The notes under the pieces: generated by a model
Databases searched by the model: none
Seen by the model: only the letters and a program-made list of their open reading frames with translations
What the model was told of the DNA's origin: nothing
Made by a program: the position numbers and the translations under genes
Virus genome (UHGV): UHGV-0384302
DNA length: 40,134 nt
Source of the DNA: a virus
Direction: 5' to 3' (one strand)
Shown: piece after piece, positions 7,368-15,488 of the stretch
Layout of the letters: every line of letters begins with the position of its first letter
Position numbering within the stretch: position 1 is the first letter of the stretch

Positions 7368-8681
7368 ATGCAACTTACAGAAACACAACTCAACGCCGAG
7401 AAGACCGTTCTTGGCAACTGCATTTACAGCGTCGACAAGGTGGGCACCCTGATCGACCAAGGCTTCACGAAAGACCATTTTGCCCTTCCGGCGCACCAGA
7501 AGGTATGGAGTGCCTTTGAGGCTCTGTCCAGGACTCCGGAGATGTGCAATATCACCGGATTGATTCAGCACCTGGAAACTGCCGGGGAACTTGAATCCGT
7601 AGGAGGCCATATTGGATTGGTCGAGCTATCCACCAACTATGCCTACCACTACAAGTTCGAGTCCTCCGTGACGATTCTGGCAGCGTCCAAAAAGAAGCGC
7701 GACATGGCAGCCCTGTTCATCTCCGGCTTGGAAAAGCTTCAGGATTTGACATCCACCGCGGAAGAGGCTCTGGCGGAAGCTGAAAAGCTCATGTCCTCCA
7801 TGCGGGAGACGTGCGGAGTAAAAGCCGTGGTCAACATCAGTGACGGCATCCATCAGGTGATTGAGAACATGGAATACCGCATCAAGCACCCCGGCCAGGT
7901 GAAGGGGATTCCCACCGGCTACCAGAAGCTGGACCGCGTTTTAGACGGCCTGCAGGATACAGCCATGATCGTCATCGGAGCCCGGCCTGCCGTGGGCAAG
8001 ACTTCGTTCATGACCAATATCCTGCTCAATATCGCCAATTCGGGAACCCCGGTAGGCATGTTTTCCCTGGAGATGTCCAAGGTGCAGATTTTGGAGCGCA
8101 TCATGTTCGGACAGTCCGGCATCGATCCTATGGCTTTGCGGCGTGGGCAGAAGCTGACCACCTACCAGCAGGGCGCTTTCACTGGTGCTGTCCGCCGGAT
8201 AAAAGGGATTTCTTTCTTCGTGGATGACCGCCCCGCGTTGAGGATTGACCAGATACAGGCGACCGCCCGGCGCATGGTGGCGGACCACGGCGTGAGGTGC
8301 ATCGGCGTGGACTATCTGCAGCTTGCCAATCCTTCCAGCCGCGGCGCTTCCCGGGAACGGGAGGTGTCAGAGATTTCCGCCGGCCTCAAGGCCCTGGCCA
8401 AGGAGCTGAATATTCCGGTGATTGTCCTGGCACAGTTAAACCGGGAAGTGGAGAAGCGGGCAGGAAAAGACGCTGGGGTTCCCCGTGTGTCTGACTTGAG
8501 GGATTCCGGATCCATCGAACAGGATGCCGACCAGATCATGCTGCTCTACAGGCCCTCTGCCAGTGATCGGGATGCCGACCCGAAGGAGGCGAAGGTCATC
8601 ATCGGCAAGAACCGTCACGGAAGCACCGGTTACATTGACCTGAAATGGGACGCTGCCGCCACTACCTACAGGGAAGTTTAA
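7368..8681 (+). CDS. dnaB: Replicative DNA helicase DnaB
   Basis: N-terminal DnaB domain (EKTVLGNCIYS...). Walker A GARPAVGKTSF. Walker B/H4 motifs IGVDYLQL and SREREVSEISAGLKALAKELNIPVIVLAQLNREVEKR. RVSDLRDSGSIEQDADQIMLLYR. Confidence 0.9.
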   Translation: MQLTETQLNAEKTVLGNCIYSVDKVGTLIDQGFTKDHFALPAHQKVWSAFEALSRTPEMCNITGLIQHLETAGELESVGGHIGLVELSTNYAYHYKFESSVTILAASKKKRDMAALFISGLEKLQDLTSTAEEALAEAEKLMSSMRETCGVKAVVNISDGIHQVIENMEYRIKHPGQVKGIPTGYQKLDRVLDGLQDTAMIVIGARPAVGKTSFMTNILLNIANSGTPVGMFSLEMSKVQILERIMFGQSGIDPMALRRGQKLTTYQQGAFTGAVRRIKGISFFVDDRPALRIDQIQATARRMVADHGVRCIGVDYLQLANPSSRGASREREVSEISAGLKALAKELNIPVIVLAQLNREVEKRAGKDAGVPRVSDLRDSGSIEQDADQIMLLYRPSASDRDADPKEAKVIIGKNRHGSTGYIDLKWDAAATTYREV

Positions 8682-8685
8682 TGCC

Positions 8686-9066
8686 ATGAAAATAGCCTCA
8701 TTATCCGCATTGGAGTTATTGAACGATGTGAGCATTTGCTGCACCGGAGAGCGCATCCTAGCTTCACAGGTGGCCGTCCTGACGACGGTTGCCCGGTTCC
8801 CTGGGGCTACATCCGGAATGATTGCCAACCATACCAAAATCAGCCTTCCCTCCGCGGGAAGGCTTCTTGGCTATCTCATCAACAGCGGAGACGTGACCGT
8901 GTTCCGCAAACCCATCACCAACGGACAGGTGCGCCGGAAGTTCTACGTCACTCCCCAAGGAGTCAAGACGACGGATAGACTACTTCGGCACCTGGGATGG
9001 AGCCAACGGGGCAAATTTGGCGTTGTCCCGGTTCAGAGTTCACCTACAGAAATTTTTGAGTTATAG
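8686..9066 (+). CDS. Winged-helix (MarR/ArsR-like) regulator-like protein
   Basis: VLTTVARFPGATSGMIANHTKISLPSAGRLLGYLINSGDVTVFRKP...R.FYVTPQG fits a wHTH recognition helix plus wing. Confidence 0.35.
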   Translation: MKIASLSALELLNDVSICCTGERILASQVAVLTTVARFPGATSGMIANHTKISLPSAGRLLGYLINSGDVTVFRKPITNGQVRRKFYVTPQGVKTTDRLLRHLGWSQRGKFGVVPVQSSPTEIFEL

Positions 9067-9073
9067 TTTAACC

Positions 9074-9565
9074 ATGAAAGAATTGACGGAGAAACAGAAG
9101 ACATTTGCCCGCGGCGTGTTTGAAGGATTGAGCCAGCGGGAAGCTTACAAGAAAGCCTACGATTGCAACACGAAAAAAGACAAGACCGTGGATGCTCTGG
9201 CAAGCCGCTTGCTAAGTAATGTTAAGGTGAAGGAGTACTTGGAAGAGCTGAACAAAGAGGTGGAAAGCCCGCTTATCCTGACCAAACAACAGCGGATGAT
9301 CTGGCTTTCCCGCGTGGTTACAACACCGCTTCATGAGGTAGATGACGATTCCGATTTGTGCCAAGAGCATTCTGTAACGACAGGAGAGAATAGCTCAACG
9401 GAGAGAATCAAGATGCCCTCCAAGCTGGGCGCCATTGCCGAGCTCAACAAGATGACCGGAGCCTATGCACCGGAGAAAGTGGAGACCAAAGTTGAGCATT
9501 CTTTCAGCTCGCTTCTCAAGGGGCTTCCTGCTGCTCCTTTGGTTCCACCCCCGGCGGAGTCATAG
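9074..9565 (+). CDS. terS: Terminase small subunit (Terminase_2/P27-like). The track start of 9017 is trimmed to the ATG after the upstream stop.
   Basis: MKELTEKQKTFARGVFEGLSQREAYKKAYDCNTK...ALASRLLSNVKVKEYLEEL...KMPSKLGAIAELNKMTGAYAPEK matches the conserved LT.KQ..F...Y / A...AGY / ASRLL / KL.aLe.L.K..G.y layout of small terminase subunits. Confidence 0.6.
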   Translation: MKELTEKQKTFARGVFEGLSQREAYKKAYDCNTKKDKTVDALASRLLSNVKVKEYLEELNKEVESPLILTKQQRMIWLSRVVTTPLHEVDDDSDLCQEHSVTTGENSSTERIKMPSKLGAIAELNKMTGAYAPEKVETKVEHSFSSLLKGLPAAPLVPPPAES

Positions 9566-10715
9566 CTTCCGCCAGCTTCTCAAGGGCTGCCCGTCGCTGC
9601 TCGTCATCTGGACGGATGTAGAGCTGGTGAACCGCTTCGGAGTCATGGCCCACTACTTCACGGGCAAGGGCCGCGTCCACGCCGGCGGCATGCAGTAGGG
9701 TTGCTGCCGTAGCCCGTAGGCAGTGGAACGTTTTTGGAGAGACAGAACGGGCGCGGGCTCCTTTGATGGATTCCAGCTTGGTGACAATACCTGCGTATTC
9801 CAGTTCCTTCCGGAATTGCTGGGAGACACCACCGGCTCCATTCCGGCTGTACTTATTTGCGATAACAGGGTGCACATATCCTTCTGTGGGACATAAAGAC
9901 GCGAGGTGCTGGCGGAGAGGCGCCACGATGGGGATTCGCATAGGGCGCCCCGTCTTGGCTGTTTTGAGGGCAATGATGCCCTGTTTCATATCAATCTGAT
10001 CCCAAGTCAGCATTGCCACGTCTCCAAGCCGCTGGCCGCCCATGTAGATACAGCAGATGACCATGCTGCGCCATTCAGGCGGGAGGGTCTGCACCATTCT
10101 ATGAACCTCTTCCACTGAAAAGGCTTCCTTGTCCACGTCTTCAATAGCGTTGGAGTCAGGAATACTTACCCGGAAACATGGGTTCTTGTCGATGATTTCA
10201 CTATCCAGGGCCGCCATGAAGGCTGGTGATAGTGTAGTCATGTATTTTCGCACGGTGCTACGTCTTACCGATTTCAGTTGTGCATTGATGAAGTCTTTGA
10301 TGTCCGACCTTTTGACCGCCGTAATAGGAAGATCAGCCCGGCGCCCCATATGTTCCAGAAAGAGCTTGATGGCAGTTTTGGAGTTGATGGTCGTCCCTCT
10401 TGTTACCTGTCCTTCCCTCGCTTCAATGTAGTTGTTCAGGTAGTCCCGGACGCTGGGTATTTCTGTTTGGTTTTCTCCGGCCAGACTGGCGATAGCAGCC
10501 TTGACTTTGGCAGCATGCGTTCCTTCCTTGTCTGCAGCTTCGTACCCGTCCGCAACAACCTGGGCGCGGTAGCGAGCTTGAGAAGGGGTTTCCTTTATTC
10601 CATTGATCACAGCCCCTCGAATTGGCACCTTCGTCGACACAAGCCTTTTCCTGTCGCCACTACGCCAGGAGGCGTACCAATACTTCGACGAGTCTCTTTT
10701 GAATAGGGATGCCAT
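9516..10715 (-). CDS. int: Tyrosine recombinase / phage integrase. The track ORF begins with TTG at 10739; ATG at 10715 is chosen.
   Basis: N-terminus MASLFKRDSSKYWYASW (typical Int N-terminus). C-terminal catalytic box HCLRATAATLLHAAGVDAALAREVVGHDSEAVHQLYIR (H-x-x-R ... H ... Y) and RLGDVAMLTWDQID (box I Arg). Its 3' end overlaps convergent terS by about 50 nt. Confidence 0.9.
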   Translation of the reverse strand: MASLFKRDSSKYWYASWRSGDRKRLVSTKVPIRGAVINGIKETPSQARYRAQVVADGYEAADKEGTHAAKVKAAIASLAGENQTEIPSVRDYLNNYIEAREGQVTRGTTINSKTAIKLFLEHMGRRADLPITAVKRSDIKDFINAQLKSVRRSTVRKYMTTLSPAFMAALDSEIIDKNPCFRVSIPDSNAIEDVDKEAFSVEEVHRMVQTLPPEWRSMVICCIYMGGQRLGDVAMLTWDQIDMKQGIIALKTAKTGRPMRIPIVAPLRQHLASLCPTEGYVHPVIANKYSRNGAGGVSQQFRKELEYAGIVTKLESIKGARARSVSPKTFHCLRATAATLLHAAGVDAALAREVVGHDSEAVHQLYIRPDDEQRRAALEKLAEAMTPPGVEPKEQQEAP

Positions 10716-10721
10716 GATGAA

Positions 10722-10964
10722 GTGCAAGACAAACTGCAAGACGTTTATATTGCTTATATATGATTATTGCAACACTAAATGTCTCAAAACATATTGGAAA
10801 TACAGGTATTTGGTGTTTCATAGGCATTAAGTACATAGTGCACGATGCACTAACATTTTCATATCACAAGTTACTGTTTATCAGTGATTGAAACTTTTTC
10901 TTTCTTGAAACTGCAAGACAGACTGCAAGACATGAAAACGGCTTTTAAAGGCATTGTCTTGCAG
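10722..10964. repeat. Five copies of a 9-bp motif (A/C/G)TGCAAGAC flanking an AT-rich core upstream of int; candidate Int arm-type / attP region
   Basis: gtgcaagac(10722), ctgcaagac(10734), ctgcaagac(10911), ctgcaagac(10923) as two tandem pairs with 3-nt spacers, plus the inverted copy gtcttgcag(10956). They bracket an AT-rich tract of about 170 bp immediately upstream of the int start. Confidence 0.5.
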
Positions 10965-11004
10965 TGGAAGCTGTATATTCAACGGGCACAAAATTGCGCC
11001 GGTT

Positions 11005-11038
11005 AAAAAAGCCCTCCCCCGCGTGAACAGGAGAGGGC
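11005..11038 (-). terminator. Rho-independent terminator of the minus-strand late operon
   Basis: Minus-strand RNA GCCCUCUCC-UGUUCACGC-GGGGGAGGGC (9-bp stem with one G.U pair) followed by UUUUUU. Lies directly downstream of the 11067 stop. Confidence 0.7.
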
Positions 11039-11066
11039 CAGCAATAGTTCCCGTGCAGGAAACGGT

Positions 11067-11840
11067 TCAGGCAAGACCGACGAGACGGTTGTATTTGCGG
11101 TTGGCTTCCATGTGCCGGGGATGGGTCGGGTCATCCAGAGCGGCGTAGTCCGGGTGGTTGGGGTCCGTGAGCATAGCATGGGCTTCCTCCGCGTTGCTGC
11201 GGCCAGGAGCGGAGTTCTTGGCGCCCACAAAGGAATCTTCCCCGGTGGCGGTCATCAGAGCGTGCAGGAGCTTGAAGCCTTTGGGGGATTGCAGCGGGGC
11301 CATGTCTTCCGCCGAGAGGCCGGCCTTGGCTCGGAGCTTGGCCGTGAATTGTTTGACGGCTCCCATGTTGGCGTTGAAGCTGGTTCCCCACTCCTCCTTG
11401 AGTTCCTTTGTGGATTGAGCGATCGCTTCTGTCTCGGCCTTCTGCAGCGCGGCAATGACTCCGGAGACGTATTTTCCGGCGGCCTTCCCGTCAAGCCCTG
11501 CAGCCTTGGCTTGTTCGGTGGCCAGGGCCTTGAAGTCGTCGGATGCCTGAAAGTCTTCCGGGAGTTCCAGAACGTATTCTCCGGTATCATCCGGATTTTC
11601 CTGCTTGGCCGGATCCTGCGGATTGTCTCCGCCTCCGGGCTGGGTGTTGGGTTCCGGGTCTGCATCGAGGTTGAAGTTGGCGTCTTCTCCTTCTCCGGGG
11701 GCCGGGTTTTCGTCCCCAGCAGCCGGGGCCGGAGTATCTGCAGGTGTGGTGGCGGGGTTCTGCTCTCCGGGCGGGGTGACGTCTGCGGGGGCTTCTTCGC
11801 GCAGGAGGGGGCGGAATGGATTGAATAGGCTGGTGTGCAT
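11067..11840 (-). CDS. Acidic, Pro-rich then helical protein downstream of portal; scaffolding-protein candidate (T7 gp9 position). Start moved to the internal ATG (track starts at 11942).
   Basis: MHTSLFNPFRPLL..., then an acidic Pro/Glu/Asp-rich N-terminal half (PGEGEDANFNLDADPEPN...DDTGEYVLELPEDFQASDDF), then an Ala/Lys-rich helical region. Position right after portal matches T7 gene order 8-9. Confidence 0.4.
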   Translation of the reverse strand: MHTSLFNPFRPLLREEAPADVTPPGEQNPATTPADTPAPAAGDENPAPGEGEDANFNLDADPEPNTQPGGGDNPQDPAKQENPDDTGEYVLELPEDFQASDDFKALATEQAKAAGLDGKAAGKYVSGVIAALQKAETEAIAQSTKELKEEWGTSFNANMGAVKQFTAKLRAKAGLSAEDMAPLQSPKGFKLLHALMTATGEDSFVGAKNSAPGRSNAEEAHAMLTDPNHPDYAALDDPTHPRHMEANRKYNRLVGLA

Positions 11841-11845
11841 GGTGG

Positions 11846-12124
11846 TTATGGGTTGGTTTTCTGTTGTTGTTTTTCGTATTGGGATAGCTCGTGTTTGAGC
11901 CAGAGGATGACTTCCCGCTGGCCGTCGCGGATGGCGGCGCAAATGGGGTCCGGTTTCAGTGTCTGTCCAGTGAGCGGATCACGCGTCTGGAAGCAGGGGA
12001 GGTCTGTCCGGAATTCTTCTTCCAGGTACGCGATCACTTGTGGGGTGATGTGGGTGGCAAGGTGGGCCCTGCGCCGGTCCACATAATCCTTGTAGTCCTG
12101 TTCAAATTGCTGTTCTTCGTTCAT
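11846..12124 (-). CDS. Hypothetical small protein (start ATG overlaps the portal stop as ATGA)
   Basis: MNEEQQFEQDYKDYVDRRRAHLATHITPQVIAYLEEEFRTDLPCFQTRDPLTGQTLKPDPICAAIRDGQREVILWLKHELSQYEKQQQKTNP. Confidence 0.45.
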   Translation of the reverse strand: MNEEQQFEQDYKDYVDRRRAHLATHITPQVIAYLEEEFRTDLPCFQTRDPLTGQTLKPDPICAAIRDGQREVILWLKHELSQYEKQQQKTNP

Positions 12125-13770
12125 GATTGTGCTGCTTGTTGGGCGGCGGCCATGTCGCGTCCAGCCTTGGCGGCGCCCTGCATGGCTTCCAGTTGAGTCT
12201 GCTGCTGGGCTGCTGCAGCGCGTTGCTCGTCGAGTTGTTGGAGTTTATCTTCCGAGAGCAGGCAGTCCATGGGGGCTCCGGAGTTCTCATACAAGAACCG
12301 GGCATATTTCCGCATGTCCACGATTTCAAGCATGGAAGGGTCGTTTGTGGCCTGGGTGTAGGCAAGGGCCTGTTGGATGTAGTAGTCTCCCCCGTTGCGC
12401 TGGGCTCGCTCAATCGCCTGACTGATTTTGCCGTTGTAGGAGACGGAGGGGATTTTGATTTCAAAGTCTTCGCTGCCGCCCTGGTCCCGGACGACGAGTT
12501 CATCCGGCATATCCGCCGTGGGGAATTTCCCTTGCCGGAAGAGGACGGAGAAGGCGCGATTGATGAGGGTATTGCAGTCGAAAACGAAGAGGGTCATCGA
12601 CGGGGAGAAGGTGAGGACCTTTTCTCCTTCCCTGGCGTTGACTTCCGTCGCGGTCATTTGCCGGTCCACGGACGAGATGACCTGCAGCATGGGAACGTAG
12701 TAGGCTTGGCGGATTTTCTCTTCCTTGTCCTCGATGCGGTCCTTGCCTACGTCGTAGTGTCCGGTGGTTCCCCATTCGCGGGGCAGGTTCAGCCCCGCAG
12801 CCTGCGGCTTGATGACGGTGCGGCCCCCTGCACGGAAGTCAACCTCTCCTACCTGCTCAGCCAGCATCATGATGCGGGGGAAGGCGGCGACTTCCCCGAG
12901 GACGTCCATGACCCGTTCCAGCTTGAGGGTGGCTTTAATCTCTTCCTTGACGTTCATGCCGGGGGCGTAGCCGTAGGGCGATTCCCCAAAGCGCAGGAAA
13001 CGTGTGACAAGGAACGGGAATTCATTGTAGCCGCCTTCCTGAATGACGGTCTTGTCAGATTCCCATGCCAGATATACGGAGGCCCATTTCATCTTCAACG
13101 GGTTGACAAGGTCGTGCCCGAAGTCCGCTCCCGGACGAGGGATGACGAGGTGCAGGTATTGGTGCTTTTCCGTGTAGCGGCGCTTGGGGTCTTCCCAGGC
13201 GTCTTTGATTTTCTGCGGGAGTTTGTCAGCCCCGAATTGTTCAACGGCTTGGTGCGGCGTGAGTTTGAAGAGGCGGGCGAGGGTGTCTACTACCTTGTTT
13301 CTTCCCTCCGCGATCGCGTAGGTGCCCGTAGGAATGTGGGTGAAGTTGAGGCTGCCATCCGGCAAAGTATCGCAGAAGACGCAACCGGTTCCTGTCAGGC
13401 AGCGGTCCAGGAAGCACTGGTGGATGACGGTGTAGAAGTTGGAATTGGCCAGGGCCTTGTGGGTGATTTCCGTGGCCTTGGCAAACCATTCGTCGTACCG
13501 GGACCGCTTGTCGTTTCCTTCCCTGCCGGATTTGAGGGAGAACCATTGCTGCCCCGTGGGCGTGATGTACATGAGGTGTGCCCCGGCCAGCACATGCAGG
13601 GATTCACAGGCAACGGTGGAGTGCAGCCGGCGGTTGTCCGCCGCCGGGTTTTCTTCCTGGTCGGCGTCCGCCTGGGTGTGAGGCATGATGTGGCGGCGCA
13701 GCCAGTCCCATTCGCCGGAGCGGCTGCGCATTTCTTCCAGGAGGGCATCTGCTGTGCGTATGTAGTCCAT
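12121..13770 (-). CDS. Portal (head-to-tail connector) protein, T7 gp8-like. The track start 13833 would overlap the upstream gene by 62 nt, so the start is placed at the MDYIR ATG (13806 is an alternative).
   Basis: FLRFGESPYGYAPGMNVKEEIKATLKLERVMDVLGEV parallels T7 gp8 VRLDGESYGRSYIEEYLGDLRSLENLQEAIVKMSM. Q/A-rich C-terminal tail (EQRAAAAQQQTQLEAMQGAAKAG...) as in gp8. Length about 550 aa. Confidence 0.75.
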   Translation of the reverse strand: MDYIRTADALLEEMRSRSGEWDWLRRHIMPHTQADADQEENPAADNRRLHSTVACESLHVLAGAHLMYITPTGQQWFSLKSGREGNDKRSRYDEWFAKATEITHKALANSNFYTVIHQCFLDRCLTGTGCVFCDTLPDGSLNFTHIPTGTYAIAEGRNKVVDTLARLFKLTPHQAVEQFGADKLPQKIKDAWEDPKRRYTEKHQYLHLVIPRPGADFGHDLVNPLKMKWASVYLAWESDKTVIQEGGYNEFPFLVTRFLRFGESPYGYAPGMNVKEEIKATLKLERVMDVLGEVAAFPRIMMLAEQVGEVDFRAGGRTVIKPQAAGLNLPREWGTTGHYDVGKDRIEDKEEKIRQAYYVPMLQVISSVDRQMTATEVNAREGEKVLTFSPSMTLFVFDCNTLINRAFSVLFRQGKFPTADMPDELVVRDQGGSEDFEIKIPSVSYNGKISQAIERAQRNGGDYYIQQALAYTQATNDPSMLEIVDMRKYARFLYENSGAPMDCLLSEDKLQQLDEQRAAAAQQQTQLEAMQGAAKAGRDMAAAQQAAQS

Positions 13771-13771
13771 A

Positions 13772-14059
13772 TTAGCCGAGGGTTGTACGTTTGAACGGAG
13801 AGCCATAAACGGGGTTTCCAAGGGTGGCTGCATTCACGGTTTTGTTGAGAGAGAGCCGGCGGCGCCCCGCTCCGTTGACCGTGTCTGCTGCCTTACTGAT
13901 GTCCTTGGTTTCCGTGGTGATGGTTTTCTGTTCAGGCTGGTTTTCCATAGCGTCCGCCATGGCATTGGCTGCACTGGCCTGTTTCTTGGCTGCCTTGTTG
14001 GCGCCGTACCCGCCGAACGTAGCGATATTTGCCAAAGTACTCCCGATTGATGATCCCAT
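13772..14059 (-). CDS. Hypothetical small protein between endolysin and portal
   Basis: 95-aa Ala/Lys/Thr-rich ORF tightly packed between the amidase stop (14066) and the portal start. Coding-like composition. Confidence 0.4.
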   Translation of the reverse strand: MGSSIGSTLANIATFGGYGANKAAKKQASAANAMADAMENQPEQKTITTETKDISKAADTVNGAGRRRLSLNKTVNAATLGNPVYGSPFKRTTLG

Positions 14060-14065
14060 AGTAAT

Positions 14066-14656
14066 TTACTGGTTGAGGGTGTAGGCGTCCACGCCCTGCG
14101 CGATGGCGCGGGCAATGGCGCCGGGGGTGTCGTGCATCACGGAAGCGTCTCCGGGGTTGGTCAGAAAGCCGCACTCCACCAGCACTGCCGGCGGCACGGT
14201 CTTGCGGAGCACATACAGGCTGGTCTTGTTTGGCTTACAGGACCGGTCAGGACGTGCCTGTACATGGTCAGCGCGGCCCGGCATGAGCTTGCACAGCGGC
14301 CCGGCAATAGCTTCGGCCAGACGTTTGCCAGAAGGGGAATCCGTATAGGAACCGTCGTCGTGGTAGTTGCGGTGGTGGCAGACATGGGCCCCGCAGGCCG
14401 TATCGGAATCGGAAGAGTCGCAATGCAGGGAGATGGAAATATCATAGCCTCCGGTATTGATGGCCTTGACCGTGGCGGCAAGATCGTCGTCGTTGTCCAT
14501 GCGAGGGAAGTCGATGACGGTGACGGCGTGTCCCCGGGCCCGCAGCATGTAGGCCAGATGGTAAGCGATAGTCTTAGCCGTGGAGTGTTCTTCCAATCCA
14601 TCCAAGCCGCGGGCTCCGGTGTTGTTGGCGTGTCCGATGTCTAAAGCGATATTCAT
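14066..14656 (-). CDS. N-acetylmuramoyl-L-alanine amidase (Amidase_3 family) endolysin
   Basis: MNIALDIGHANNTGARG..., ISLHCDSS, VLVECGFLTNPGD are the conserved Amidase_3 zinc-ligand/active-site blocks. Confidence 0.85.
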   Translation of the reverse strand: MNIALDIGHANNTGARGLDGLEEHSTAKTIAYHLAYMLRARGHAVTVIDFPRMDNDDDLAATVKAINTGGYDISISLHCDSSDSDTACGAHVCHHRNYHDDGSYTDSPSGKRLAEAIAGPLCKLMPGRADHVQARPDRSCKPNKTSLYVLRKTVPPAVLVECGFLTNPGDASVMHDTPGAIARAIAQGVDAYTLNQ

Positions 14657-14712
14657 AGTTATAACTTGTTTTGATTAGAACCGGTTAGAACTGGTAAGAA
14701 AAACTTTACAGT

Positions 14713-14955
14713 TCAATCGACAATCTCCCATTCTTCAGAAAAAAGTTCGATGAACGTTTCCTTCCACGGCACCCGCCCGAAACGGGATTCCACGTATAGA
14801 TAGGGTGCTGTCATCTTGCTATGCTCGTCCGGGAACTGGGCGCGGATGACTACATCCGGGGACCACTTCGGCAATCTGGCTCCCTTGCCATTTTTCAAAG
14901 CGTGGAGAGCATCCGAAAAAGAGCGTCCTGAATTGTTACATAAATTGTTAGGCAT
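14713..14955 (-). CDS. DUF2829-family small protein (Tad2-like, Thoeris anti-defence sponge family)
   Basis: FSDALHALKNGKGARLPKWSPDVVI...MTAPYLYVESRFGRVPWKETFIELFSEEWEIVD reproduces the DUF2829 consensus (ALEALK.GKKV.RKGW...PFI.M.TADG..VPW..SQ.DLLAEDWEIV). Length of 80 aa is typical. Confidence 0.6.
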   Translation of the reverse strand: MPNNLCNNSGRSFSDALHALKNGKGARLPKWSPDVVIRAQFPDEHSKMTAPYLYVESRFGRVPWKETFIELFSEEWEIVD

Positions 14956-14956
14956 A

Positions 14957-15166
14957 TTATTTATTGGTCTGATGTTCGAGGTTGGAAAGGCGGAGGTCCA
15001 TCGTGCGGAGTATTTCGGCTGTCTTGGCCGATGTTTCTGCTTGTTCCTGGACCACCGTCCTGAAGTCCATGTAGATGCAGACGGCGGCCCCAGCTCCGCC
15101 GAACATCATGATGATGTCCTTGTACTTGCGGATGGTTTCCAGCCGCTTGTCTACAAAATCACACAT
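14957..15166 (-). CDS. Small single-TM protein, holin candidate (start moved to the internal ATG)
   Basis: MCDFVDKRLETIRKYKDIIMMFGGAGAAVCIYMDFRTVVQEQ... has one hydrophobic helix. Lies 2 genes upstream of the endolysin. Confidence 0.3.
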   Translation of the reverse strand: MCDFVDKRLETIRKYKDIIMMFGGAGAAVCIYMDFRTVVQEQAETSAKTAEILRTMDLRLSNLEHQTNK

Positions 15167-15170
15167 GGTC

Positions 15171-15488
15171 TTATTTCTTGGTAGCTTGAACGACGGGCGG
15201 CGTATCCGTGGCGGGCTGGGCCTGGCTGTAGGACAGGTGGCCCGGCTCAATGACGAGGCAGGAGCCATCCTTGCAGACCTCCGTGCGGCCTGGGGTCACG
15301 TCTACGGAGTGCCCACAGCCTCCCAGTAAAGCGGACGCCGCATAGGCCGCCCCCGCCAGGACCACCCACAAAAGGCGTTCCCACCATTTCAGGCCGGGTT
15401 TAGTTTTGCTTTTTTCGTAGGCATTCTTCATGCCCTGCTTCCCCGCCTCCAGGGCGGCCTTCTTTTGTTCGTCACTTAACTTACTCAT
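15171..15488 (-). CDS. Membrane protein with lipobox-like LLGGC after a TM segment and a Cys-containing Pro-rich C-terminus; spanin/holin-like (start moved to the internal ATG)
   Basis: MSKLSDEQKKAALEAGKQGMKNAYEKSKTKPGLKWWERLLWVVLAGAAYAASALLGGCGHSVDVTPGRTEVCKDGSCLVIEPG...PPVVQATKK. Its start overlaps the upstream stop. Confidence 0.35.
   Translation of the reverse strand: MSKLSDEQKKAALEAGKQGMKNAYEKSKTKPGLKWWERLLWVVLAGAAYAASALLGGCGHSVDVTPGRTEVCKDGSCLVIEPGHLSYSQAQPATDTPPVVQATKK

Noticed and set aside
10954-11148. 64-aa plus-strand ORF crossing the late-operon terminator
   Set aside because: It overlaps the terminator hairpin and the 3' end of the scaffold-like gene. It is Arg-rich with no coding-like pattern.
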